Sequence record: PQ374922.1
Source: a phage
Length of the DNA stretch: 64,000 nt
Reading direction: 5' to 3' (one strand)
A program made the position numbers and the translations under genes. Below are positions 1 to 8,470 of this stretch, piece after piece; position 1 is the first letter of the stretch; every line of letters begins with the position of its first letter. The notes beneath the pieces are model-generated. The model saw only the letters and a program-made list of their open reading frames with translations. It made no database searches and was not told the origin of the DNA.

Positions 1-666
1 AAACATTATCACCTGGAAAAGACTGAAATATGTGAAACTCAGGGTATCCAGTTGATCCACATCTGGGAAGATGAATGGGTTGAGAAACAGGAAGTGGTAA
101 AATCTCTTCTGAAAGCTAAACTTGGAATTAAAACGCCTGCGTCATATGCTCGCCAACACAAAGTCGTTTGGGGAAATATAAGCGGCTTGAGGGAGTTTTT
201 AGACAACCACCACATACAAGGTTCCGTTTCTTCCACCCACCATTTGTCGTTAATTGACAAGAGTGGGGCCATACAAGCCGTGATGCTATTCACTAAAAGG
301 AAAGATGGCCTGGAATTAGTCAGATTTGCCTCTAATGATTGCCACGGGGCATTCAGTAAACTTCTTTCACACTTCAGAAGAAAATTTACCGGCACCAAAA
401 TCTATTCCTTTGGGGATAGGTGTGTTGTAAGCAGGTTGTCCAACATTTACCTATCCCACGGATTCGTAGAAGAGGAAGTACAGAAGCCAGACTACAAATA
501 TCACAAGCCTGGCACATTTATGCGTGAGCACAAATTCGGTTTCAGAAAAGGTTCATTTGCTCGCATGGGGTATGACGTAGAAGGCAAAACAGAAAGCCAA
601 TTAGCAACCGAAGCCGGGTTGGTCAGGATTTGGAATTGTGGACTGATCAAATATGTCTTGAACTAA
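1..666 (+). CDS. hypothetical protein, 5'-truncated by window edge (C-terminal >=221 aa)
   Basis: Frame 1 is open from nt 1 to stop at 664-666; AT-richer codon usage than neighbouring genes; no catalytic motif recognised. Confidence 0.45.
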   Translation, partial: KHYHLEKTEICETQGIQLIHIWEDEWVEKQEVVKSLLKAKLGIKTPASYARQHKVVWGNISGLREFLDNHHIQGSVSSTHHLSLIDKSGAIQAVMLFTKRKDGLELVRFASNDCHGAFSKLLSHFRRKFTGTKIYSFGDRCVVSRLSNIYLSHGFVEEEVQKPDYKYHKPGTFMREHKFGFRKGSFARMGYDVEGKTESQLATEAGLVRIWNCGLIKYVLN

Positions 667-673
667 AAGAACA

Positions 674-721
674 TTTCAATAACGGGGCGAAAGGTATCAT
701 TACCCTCTCTATTAATCGAGG
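674..721 (+). repeat. promoter-like repeat element copy 1 (tttcaataacgggg...tattaatcgagg)
   Basis: ~48-bp element ~80% identical to copy at 935-982, each just upstream of a small ORF. Confidence 0.6.
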
Positions 722-729
722 AAATCGCA

Positions 730-930
730 ATGAGCCTGAAAGAAGATTCTGTAAACACCACAGTCGCCAACTCCACCTTCCGTGAGTGGCACGACGTATT
801 ATGTAAAGTCGCGAAAAGCCAGGGTGGTTCAGCCGCCGACGCCGACGCCTGGCGTGATGACTACGAAGCGGGCAAGACACCTCGCCAGTCTTGGGAAGAT
901 GAATGGGGTTGGGAAGAACAAGAAGGATAA
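730..930 (+). CDS. hypothetical small acidic protein (66 aa)
   Basis: ATG with upstream GAGG; preceded by ~48-bp promoter-like repeat element. Confidence 0.45.
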   Translation: MSLKEDSVNTTVANSTFREWHDVLCKVAKSQGGSAADADAWRDDYEAGKTPRQSWEDEWGWEEQEG

Positions 931-934
931 CAGT

Positions 935-982
935 TTTCAATAACGGGGTGAGAGGTATTATTGCCCCGTCTACTATCCGAGG
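935..982 (+). repeat. promoter-like repeat element copy 2
   Basis: See copy 1. Confidence 0.6.
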
Positions 983-990
983 GTTGTACC

Positions 991-1215
991 ATGTACTTGA
1001 AAAAGATCGTGAAGAAGCCGAAAGCCGGTGTTGCCGAGGTGCGCCTCATCGAGGTTTACGTTGATTCTTGTAACAATGAGCAGTGTTACTTCATGGTCGA
1101 CACGATGGTGTATGTGCCAGCCTCTCACCTGAACCGTGATTTCGTCACAACCGAAAATGTCGTCCGCTGGGAGATTGCAACGCAGTCCGATATCGACGAA
1201 CACAACATTCTTTGA
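991..1215 (+). CDS. hypothetical protein (74 aa)
   Basis: Internal ATG of ORF 961..1215 chosen; preceded by second copy of the promoter-like repeat. Confidence 0.4.
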   Translation: MYLKKIVKKPKAGVAEVRLIEVYVDSCNNEQCYFMVDTMVYVPASHLNRDFVTTENVVRWEIATQSDIDEHNIL

Positions 1216-1232
1216 AAGGAAGGATCTATATC

Positions 1233-1676
1233 ATGTGTAACAAGAATTTCATTTTCATTAGTCCCGCCAAGAAACAGTTCTTCCGTAGCTCCGTTGGGGA
1301 CAAGGTGGAAGGTTTCCGTAAATTCAAAGATTATCGCCTGGCATGTGGTGATGTTGATTTTCAGAGTTTCGACAATGATCGCCAGGATTTGAACGATGAG
1401 GGTTGGACAGAAGTTCCATCCCCTCAGTATATCCATATCAAGCTGTACTACATGAAGGACAGCGGGAAGTATTATTCTGAAGGTGAACTCGTCCTCAATC
1501 GTGGAGAGGCTGAAGCTGAACCTGCTAAGTCCTGGATGGACACTATGGATAAAATCCGATATCTACTCGACTCAGGCAATTTGCCCGGTTTGGTTAAAGG
1601 TGCCCGGTACGAGGTCTTCGTGACCGGAGAAGGGCATCCAGGTGGTTATCCACAACTGTTCCGCATTAACAACTGA
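1233..1676 (+). CDS. hypothetical protein (147 aa)
   Basis: ATG in conserved context ctatatcATG; ORF 1212..1676. Confidence 0.5.
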   Translation: MCNKNFIFISPAKKQFFRSSVGDKVEGFRKFKDYRLACGDVDFQSFDNDRQDLNDEGWTEVPSPQYIHIKLYYMKDSGKYYSEGELVLNRGEAEAEPAKSWMDTMDKIRYLLDSGNLPGLVKGARYEVFVTGEGHPGGYPQLFRINN

Positions 1677-1684
1677 GGTTAAAC

Positions 1685-1921
1685 ATGATTATCAAAAAGA
1701 TCGGCGCAAGTCCTCTCACTGGTACTATATTCCAGGGCAGGTTGAACACCAAAACCAGCATGTGGGTTGGTGAGAAGACCGACGTGACAGATGACTGCGT
1801 GGCAGCTGTAGCTGAACACTTGCGTCACATCAAGAAAGACTATTGCTTCCCAACGACGGATGGTAAGTTTCTGGTGCTGAGCGCCGAGGTTCACGACACC
1901 CTTCCTGATCGCTTCAAATAA
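1685..1921 (+). CDS. hypothetical protein (78 aa)
   Basis: ATG 5 nt after previous stop, upstream GAGG. Confidence 0.5.
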   Translation: MIIKKIGASPLTGTIFQGRLNTKTSMWVGEKTDVTDDCVAAVAEHLRHIKKDYCFPTTDGKFLVLSAEVHDTLPDRFK

Positions 1922-1969
1922 ATTTTAAATTTATTCAATAAACGGGGTTTAATTCTTCAATAAACCCCG

Positions 1970-1990
1970 TATACTTCATTCCATAAGCAG
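1970..1990 (+). repeat. exact 21-mer tatacttcattccataagcag (copy 1), contains -10-like TATACT
   Basis: Identical 21-mer at 37625-37645; both follow a hairpin. Confidence 0.8.
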
Positions 1991-2123
1991 CACAACACTG
2001 ACTCTGAAATGAAGGGACTATCACCAATCTCGTTACAAAGTAACATTGCAGCAATTTGTTCTAAACCTTTGAACAGGGTATGTTAACCGCATACCCTATC
2101 CCCTACAAATAGAGGACTTTACC

Positions 2124-2468
2124 ATGGCAGCAGACACCAAACTGAACAAATCCGTGGAGATCCCCCACATCGTCAAATTCGAAAAGCCGAGTGAGCGCAA
2201 GCCACGCAAAACGCGCCGCCTGGTCACCAAGCTGGATCTTCTGAAACAGAAGTTCGGCGACCACAGCGTGTTCACTCGCATTCGAAATGCAATAAAGGAA
2301 GGGCGAACTGAGCTGGAGCTATATCGACCGAACGGTTCGACACGCGCGTATCAGACCACTGACGGCTTACTGGAACTGATCCGCCTGAGCGGGATGACGA
2401 TCGAACCGCGTTCGTCAGGCACTCCTCTGTGCTCCCTGTACGTAATCGGCAATCTTGGGGCGCTGTGA
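2124..2468 (+). CDS. hypothetical basic protein (114 aa)
   Basis: ORF with AGGA upstream; Lys/Arg-rich N-terminal half. Confidence 0.5.
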   Translation: MAADTKLNKSVEIPHIVKFEKPSERKPRKTRRLVTKLDLLKQKFGDHSVFTRIRNAIKEGRTELELYRPNGSTRAYQTTDGLLELIRLSGMTIEPRSSGTPLCSLYVIGNLGAL

Positions 2469-2473
2469 GTTCT

Positions 2474-2896
2474 ATGAAGAAGTATATCGTTCTCATTACG
2501 GGTTCCCGCTCAATCACCGAGCGGGATAAGGTATTCGCCAAGCTGGACGAACTCCTCGATCCTCATGAGGTCTATACACTGATTGAGGGTGAAGCCTCTG
2601 GTGTGGACAAGATTTGCCGTGACTGGGCTGAAATCAATTATGTTCATATCACTCCTATGCCAATACCTCCGAGCTATTATGAAAAGTATGGGAAAGGGAT
2701 GGGCAACAAACGCAATCAGGACATGTTAGACAAGGCATTGGATCTCGTCAGGCAGACCAAGCTGGAAGTGTATCCGATTGCGATGTGGGATGGTTCGTCC
2801 ACTGGCACCCTGGACATGATCAACCGTTGCAAGAAAGCTGGCCTCCCTGTGGATATCACTCTAATGGGTAAGCCGAAGACCAAGCGCCTTTTGTAA
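2474..2896 (+). CDS. DUF2493-like SLOG-superfamily protein (predicted nucleotide-binding Rossmann fold)
   Basis: Motifs ITGSR, GEASGVDKICRDWAE, NKRNQDML, WDGSSTGTLDMINRCKKAGLPV match the pattern I recall for DUF2493/SLOG proteins. Confidence 0.5.
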   Translation: MKKYIVLITGSRSITERDKVFAKLDELLDPHEVYTLIEGEASGVDKICRDWAEINYVHITPMPIPPSYYEKYGKGMGNKRNQDMLDKALDLVRQTKLEVYPIAMWDGSSTGTLDMINRCKKAGLPVDITLMGKPKTKRLL

Positions 2897-2937
2897 CATA
2901 TCATAAATAATTTGAGTATACACAGCGGAGATACATC

Positions 2938-3108
2938 ATGTTTGTCGTCATCAATCTGTTCTGTTACATCTTCACGGCGTACTTCTTGGGCGCGGTAGGG
3001 ATTGAGACCTACAATGACCTGAAGGATGGGGAATACGCCAACCGAATGGTTTATGTCAAGAAGTTTGTTCGTAAGTTCTGGTCCAACTTCGTTTACAAAC
3101 TACCATGA
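2938..3108 (+). CDS. hypothetical small membrane protein (56 aa)
   Basis: Not in ORF track (<60 aa); ATG after GGAGA; hydrophobic N-terminus; stop overlaps next start (ATGA). Confidence 0.35.
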   Translation: MFVVINLFCYIFTAYFLGAVGIETYNDLKDGEYANRMVYVKKFVRKFWSNFVYKLP

Positions 3109-3875
3109 TCCCTAAATACCCCCATCATCCATGGGGGTATTTTCTTATGAACACACAGATCTATGACGCCCTATCACAGGGCAACGCCTTTACCAATCCT
3201 CTCCCGTCCCTCAGCAGCGCCTCACAGGGGTTAATCACCAGTGGTAAGGCGACTACAGCGTCACTGGCTAACACCGGAAATGCGCAGATTCAGGAAGCGC
3301 TGACGGCAGGTGGGTTGACTACAGCCAAACTCAACGAATCTACAGCAATGTTCAACTCAGCCAACAACAGCATCACTACTTTGAACAACTATGGCGACCA
3401 GTCAGTGAACGAGGCATATTCCCGCATCGGTACATCTGTGTCGTATAAGTCCGCCCTGAAGTCTATAGGTCGAGAACCGAACAACTGTGATCTGATCAAT
3501 AATGCATTTGGGGTTATTCAGAACCTCGGCAAACAGTGGATCAACACCATGCAAAGTGTTCTCACAACTATCACAAACAAGATGAATGAGCTGGCTGAGT
3601 TGGTAGCTCAGGGTGTCAGTGCTGGTCTTGATGCTATTCGGGCACTGGCTGCTGAAGTTACTCAAGCCATCGACACTGCTGTCGCATCAGTAGCCTCTAT
3701 TGCTCAGGACATCACGAACGGTATTGCAGCAGAGTTAGCCCATATCCAAGACATGGTTGGTAAGTGTCTTAACTTCTCTTTTGCCAACGTGATCTCAGAG
3801 TGGGCGAAAGATATCTGCGCCGGAGGTGTCATCAACAGCATTGGTTCCGATAATCTGAAGAACGCGCTGAAGTAA
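3105..3875 (+). CDS. hypothetical protein, Ala/Ser/Thr-rich (256 aa)
   Basis: Long ORF, alternative start at 3147; no motif recognised. Confidence 0.5.
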   Translation: MIPKYPHHPWGYFLMNTQIYDALSQGNAFTNPLPSLSSASQGLITSGKATTASLANTGNAQIQEALTAGGLTTAKLNESTAMFNSANNSITTLNNYGDQSVNEAYSRIGTSVSYKSALKSIGREPNNCDLINNAFGVIQNLGKQWINTMQSVLTTITNKMNELAELVAQGVSAGLDAIRALAAEVTQAIDTAVASVASIAQDITNGIAAELAHIQDMVGKCLNFSFANVISEWAKDICAGGVINSIGSDNLKNALK

Positions 3876-4283
3876 TCAGTGCTCCCGCGCCGGAAGAACT
3901 CCCACTGGTTCGATGCCATCCAACAGCAGGGAGTTCACACCCACATTACTCAGTCTGATCAAGATCGTTCCCCCTGGGTTAACTTCAAAGATACTCATCC
4001 CATTTCCAACCGCGTCGTTGTTAACGAACACACCCTGAGTTGCGATTCGTACTGGTTTATCTGAGTCATTCATGATCTTGAACGTCACGATTATATCTGA
4101 TGTTGTATCCAGTCGCCCAACCATGTGTTGCTTCAGCTTGGCATGGAATGATGGATTAAAAGTGATAATGATGCTGTTATTCTGAGAGTAATAAATACTT
4201 GCTGATAGGTATGGAATCTTCCCTTCATCGCCATGCCGCAGGAGAGGAATTGTGGTCTTCCAGTATGGCTTGAGGGTGCTCAT
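3876..4283 (-). CDS. hypothetical protein (start uncertain)
   Basis: Only long ORF over 3876-4250; C-terminal part looks protein-like, N-terminal extension to 4691 is Arg/Leu/Ser-rich and likely antisense artefact; no convincing RBS. Confidence 0.3.
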   Translation of the reverse strand: MSTLKPYWKTTIPLLRHGDEGKIPYLSASIYYSQNNSIIITFNPSFHAKLKQHMVGRLDTTSDIIVTFKIMNDSDKPVRIATQGVFVNNDAVGNGMSIFEVNPGGTILIRLSNVGVNSLLLDGIEPVGVLPAREH

Positions 4284-5067
4284 GTTCTCATCAAAGCAAC
4301 CTAAAGGTACGAGCTTCTGGAAGGGCTGGAACTCTTGCACGATGATGTCCAGCATACCCTTGTTACAAGTGGGAACGCTGGCCGACAACGTCACAGGTAC
4401 AGTGCGCACTTCTGGGTTCCAGAGTTCGGAAACAGAAATTATTGGCGTGACAAAGATGCGACAGCTCGTAAACAAGAGCATCGAGCATGCCAACAACAAT
4501 CTACTGATCCCGCGCATCAGGGTCACAAAATATCTCCACAGCAAAGGTGCTATTATGTCCAACGTACAATTTAAGAACGAAAACCCTAATTTCGCGGCGT
4601 CCGATAAGTGGCGTCTGACTATCGGAGACCTTGTACTCCTAACCCGTAACATCCACGACTTCAGTATACCAGGGGTGTACTCCGAAGGCATCGATGGTCC
4701 GTCTCCTGGTGACGTGTTGGTTTCTATACCTTCAGAGCGTTTAACCTATGATCCCGTCGTATTTACTTTCGTTATAGACGAGGACTGGAAATCATGGTTA
4801 CAGATCCACCAATGGATTACCAGCAACGTCGGCAAGGATTTGCCTGTCAGCAAGGACATTACCATTGAATTGCTGGATAACCTCAACCGACCGATTGGCC
4901 TCACTCTCGTGCTGGAGGAAGCCCGCCCGACTGCTTTGGACAACGTACTGGTGGACGTAGACGCAGCTGTACCTCAGCTGGTGACGACAGTGACCTTCAA
5001 GTTCCAACAGCTGGTTCCACTATCTGGTGGGAAGGCGATTGATTCTAATCCGCGAAATGCGGTATAA
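4252..5067 (+). CDS. hypothetical protein (271 aa from GTG; alternative ATG at 4555)
   Basis: GTG start preceded by AGGAGAGG at proper spacing; TAATAAATAC late-promoter-like element ~55 nt upstream. Confidence 0.45.
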   Translation: MVFQYGLRVLMFSSKQPKGTSFWKGWNSCTMMSSIPLLQVGTLADNVTGTVRTSGFQSSETEIIGVTKMRQLVNKSIEHANNNLLIPRIRVTKYLHSKGAIMSNVQFKNENPNFAASDKWRLTIGDLVLLTRNIHDFSIPGVYSEGIDGPSPGDVLVSIPSERLTYDPVVFTFVIDEDWKSWLQIHQWITSNVGKDLPVSKDITIELLDNLNRPIGLTLVLEEARPTALDNVLVDVDAAVPQLVTTVTFKFQQLVPLSGGKAIDSNPRNAV

Positions 5068-5097
5068 TTCTATGACATTGACAAGCTGGGATATTTT

Positions 5098-5550
5098 ATG
5101 AAAGAACAACTACAGACAATGGCTACCGAGGACATCATGAACGAACTGGAGCCGCTGATCACAGTGGACCCAGAAGACATGAACCTTGACCAGATCTCAC
5201 TGAAAATCGGGCGCTCTTGGATGGCTGTACAGCGGCATTATCTGCGCGAGGGGCGTTATCTTGAATTTCTCAACGGGCGCTTCCGCCAGATCGATCTCTA
5301 TCTGCGCCGCTACTATGCAGGGGAGTTACCCCCTAACATCTACGCAGAGCGCCCCCTGAAGGTTCGCCCCCTGAAGTCTGACCTAGATACATGGGTCAAA
5401 GCAGACGATGACTATGTGGAGTTGTCTGTTCTGTTACAAGAACAAAAAGCAAAAGTCAAGTTCATAGAGACTTGTTTGGATCGCCTGAACAAACTGGGAT
5501 ACGAAGTGAAAAATGCTATTGAGTGGAGAAAATATATTGATGGTGTATAA
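5098..5550 (+). CDS. possible UvsY-like recombination mediator (150 aa)
   Basis: Size, position next to UvsW-like helicase, and weak pattern similarity (RYYAG, acidic C-terminal helix) to T4 UvsY as recalled. Confidence 0.4.
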   Translation: MKEQLQTMATEDIMNELEPLITVDPEDMNLDQISLKIGRSWMAVQRHYLREGRYLEFLNGRFRQIDLYLRRYYAGELPPNIYAERPLKVRPLKSDLDTWVKADDDYVELSVLLQEQKAKVKFIETCLDRLNKLGYEVKNAIEWRKYIDGV

Positions 5551-5565
5551 CGAGGATCACACATA

Positions 5566-6312
5566 ATGGCATCCCTCCAAGATCTACGCAAGCTGAACGA
5601 CTTCGAAAACCGTCATTACACATTCCAGCAATACGAACTTCCTTACAAGGAACTGGAGTGTGTTACGACGGAGAATGGTCGTCATTACGTTTCACCGTCT
5701 GGTGTAAAACTGACATCCGTCACGACTATGCTGGGACGCACTGGAGATCATGAATGGCTTGAGTCTTGGAGGAAGAAGCTGGGCGCAGAGGCCGCTGACC
5801 TTGAGACCATGCGCTGTGCTGACCGAGGGGAGAAGCTGCACCTTGCGTGTGAACTGTATCTAAAGAACCGCCCAATGAAAGAAGTGTTGGAAGCGGCTGG
5901 CGAATACATGTTCATGTTCAAGCAGCTGTTCCCTTACCTGAACAAGATGACAAAGATCTATGCTCAGGAGATCCCATTATATAGCGAGGTGCTTGGTCTT
6001 GCAGGTCGTGTAGACCTTATCGGGGTTTATGAGGGTAAACCTGCTGTCATCGACTTCAAGACATCGAACACCATGAAGACGCGGGGCATGATCGAGGATT
6101 ACAGTATCCAGCTATGCTTATATTCGGTCATGTTCCAGCAGATGTTCGGCGTCAAGATCACCCGCCTCATCAACGTGATCGCCAACGAGTCTTCCCCTCT
6201 ACCAACCGTCATTGAGTTCAACCGTGATGACATTCTGACAAAGATGTTTGAGCGTGTTCGTCTGTATCATCGCATGGATAAAGAACAAAACGGAGTCTGG
6301 CCGGATCACTAA
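5566..6312 (+). CDS. PD-(D/E)xK family exonuclease (RecB/Cas4/lambda-exo-like)
   Basis: Motif GRVDLIGV...VIDFKTS (D...D/E.K core); AGGA RBS. Confidence 0.55.
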   Translation: MASLQDLRKLNDFENRHYTFQQYELPYKELECVTTENGRHYVSPSGVKLTSVTTMLGRTGDHEWLESWRKKLGAEAADLETMRCADRGEKLHLACELYLKNRPMKEVLEAAGEYMFMFKQLFPYLNKMTKIYAQEIPLYSEVLGLAGRVDLIGVYEGKPAVIDFKTSNTMKTRGMIEDYSIQLCLYSVMFQQMFGVKITRLINVIANESSPLPTVIEFNRDDILTKMFERVRLYHRMDKEQNGVWPDH

Positions 6313-6340
6313 ATACCCCATAATCCTTGGGAGATTTTGT

Positions 6341-7849
6341 ATGGTAGACATTCAGATTGTTAAGGTTAACGAAGTCCGCATGCGTTGCATCGCAGATCTT
6401 TCTATCAGGGAAGAACTTAATGACTACTTCAAATTCGAAGACCCGAACTTCGTTCCCAACCCCTTTTCTAAATGGGACGGGGTTGTCCGCCTATTTACCA
6501 AGTCATCTGGTCTAATCGATATCGGTCTGCTGTTTGAGGTATTTAAGTTCTGTAAGAACAACGGATACACCATTGAACTGGATCCGGCACTGAAGTACAT
6601 TCAGGACATCCCAGATGAAGAAATCCGTGACTTCATCGACAGTCTGCATCCAAAGATCCGCACCGAAAATCACGAATATATCGATGCCGAGACTCGTGAC
6701 TACCAGTACGACACCATCGCCAAGGCTATGCGTCAAACCAGATGCGTCTGTGAACTGGCTACGAGTGCCGGTAAGTCCTTTATTCTGTATGTCATGGCGC
6801 GGTACTACAGGCGGCGCAGAGAAGCTCTCGAAAGTCCTCTGAAGACGCTTATCGTGGTGCCGTCAATCCACCTAGTCACTCAGCTGTACGACAACTTCGA
6901 AGAGTATGCACATGGCAGTGATTGGAAGCCCGTTGTTAACACCCAGCTGATTTTTGAGGGCGCGACAAAGGATATCAGCAAACCAATCGTCATCAGTACA
7001 TGGCAAGGCATTCAAGACCAGCCGAAGGAATGGTTCCACCAGTTCGGTGATATCGTGGTGGATGAAGTGCACACCTCCAAGTCTGAGAAACTGTCTTACA
7101 TCCTAAACAACTGCATCTATGCCGACCAGCGCCTGGGGGTTACAGGTACGCTGGCGAATACCAAAGTTGCCGGGCTTCAGGTGGTGGCTCACTTCGGGGC
7201 GTACCATAAGATCATCACGGCTCGCGATCTTATCAATCTCGGGTACGCCACTGACATCAAAGTGAAGATGATCCAGCTGAAGCACACTCCGGCGGATGCT
7301 GTTGGTCTGGACGGGGATTATTCCAAGGAAATAGAATACCTTATCACACACCAGTCCCGCAACGAACTGATCGCCAAGATGGCACTGAATCTGAAAGGAA
7401 ACGTGGCCATCATGTTCGAACGTATTGATGGTCACATGATGGTCGTGTATGATATGCTGAGCGCGGTCAAGCCCAACGTGTTTGTCATCAACGGGGAAGT
7501 AAAGATCGAAGACCGCCGCCGCATACAGAAAGCGATGGAGGATGGAGAGGACATCACCCTGTTGGCATCATACGGGACAATGCAGCAGGGAGTGTCGATC
7601 AAGAAGCTACACCACCTTGTACTGGCACACCCGAGCAAGTCATATATCCGCGTCATACAGACATTGGGTCGTCTGATGCGTCAGCACTCCTCTAAGGACG
7701 TCGCGTGGATATGGGACTTAGTGGATGATGCATCGTACAACGCCAGCACGAACCACGCTCTTAGGCACTCTCACGAGCGTTACAAGTTTTACCTGGCAGA
7801 GCGCCACCCTGTGGAGTTCATGAAGGTGGCGCTGGGTAATCACGATTAA
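6341..7849 (+). CDS. uvsW: SF2 DNA helicase, UvsW-like
   Basis: Walker A ATSAGKS, DEVH box, helicase C-terminal motifs; start at internal ATG with GGGAGA RBS (ORF track starts at 6248). Confidence 0.7.
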   Translation: MVDIQIVKVNEVRMRCIADLSIREELNDYFKFEDPNFVPNPFSKWDGVVRLFTKSSGLIDIGLLFEVFKFCKNNGYTIELDPALKYIQDIPDEEIRDFIDSLHPKIRTENHEYIDAETRDYQYDTIAKAMRQTRCVCELATSAGKSFILYVMARYYRRRREALESPLKTLIVVPSIHLVTQLYDNFEEYAHGSDWKPVVNTQLIFEGATKDISKPIVISTWQGIQDQPKEWFHQFGDIVVDEVHTSKSEKLSYILNNCIYADQRLGVTGTLANTKVAGLQVVAHFGAYHKIITARDLINLGYATDIKVKMIQLKHTPADAVGLDGDYSKEIEYLITHQSRNELIAKMALNLKGNVAIMFERIDGHMMVVYDMLSAVKPNVFVINGEVKIEDRRRIQKAMEDGEDITLLASYGTMQQGVSIKKLHHLVLAHPSKSYIRVIQTLGRLMRQHSSKDVAWIWDLVDDASYNASTNHALRHSHERYKFYLAERHPVEFMKVALGNHD

Positions 7850-8217
7850 TCTTGATTCACATAGGCGGGGGTGGCCTCGCCTTCATCAGTTACTACACCG
7901 AACAATTTGTCCAGAGAAGCCAGACATTGTGCGTTCAGGTGTTCACTGATCGTATCCTTCAGCATTTGTTCGCTGTTCAATTGGAATGGCAGAACCTTCG
8001 CTTCGATGCCGTTATCAAACGTCACAACGCCAACATACAGACCAACTTTCAGGCCTGTCATCAAGCCAAGGGGGACAAATCGCGGCTCCGATGGTAAGTT
8101 CTTGTCTGACGCCAGCTGTGTCAGATAAACTGGGGTGCCTGTGATAAATTGACCTGTGGTGAGGTTGGCGTCTGGCTTACTACACCCGACTGCGTATAAT
8201 CCTACGAACTGTTTCAT
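7846..8217 (-). CDS. hypothetical small protein, possible lipoprotein
   Basis: Minus-strand ORF with GAGAG RBS; N-terminus MKQFVGLYAVGC resembles a short lipobox; convergent with uvsW. Confidence 0.45.
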   Translation of the reverse strand: MKQFVGLYAVGCSKPDANLTTGQFITGTPVYLTQLASDKNLPSEPRFVPLGLMTGLKVGLYVGVVTFDNGIEAKVLPFQLNSEQMLKDTISEHLNAQCLASLDKLFGVVTDEGEATPAYVNQD

Positions 8218-8380
8218 ATATTACTCTCGTGTGTTGGTTAACATGACATACATATTATTTCGCGTGCATGTTTAGACCAAATAAATTATTTTTGTTGTTG
8301 AATAAAAACTGCTTTCTTGTTGAACAATGGCGTGGTATTATACGAGTTGTGAGCGTTAGCGAACAACGAGTATTTGTTTT

Positions 8381-8400
8381 ATGAGCGAAGCGAATAGGAT
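8381..8400. repeat. 20-mer atgagcgaagcgaataggat (copy 1), preceded by 12-mer tatttgttttat
   Basis: Exact reverse complement present at 53886-53905; 12-mer tatttgttttat also shared (8371-8382 and 53871-53882). Confidence 0.85.
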
Positions 8401-8408
8401 TAATAAAA

Positions 8409-8443
8409 GTTATTATCTTTAATAAGGTTATTATCTTTAATAA
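8409..8443. repeat. tandem direct repeat, 17-bp unit gttattatctttaataa x2
   Basis: Two identical 17-mers separated by 1 nt in the 360-bp intergenic region upstream of the clamp gene. Confidence 0.85.
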
Positions 8444-8449
8444 AGTCCA

Positions 8450-8470
8450 TAAATGCCGAAGGCATTTATT
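8450..8470. repeat. inverted repeat ataaatgcc-gaa-ggcatttat
   Basis: 9-bp perfect stem next to the tandem repeats. Confidence 0.7.
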
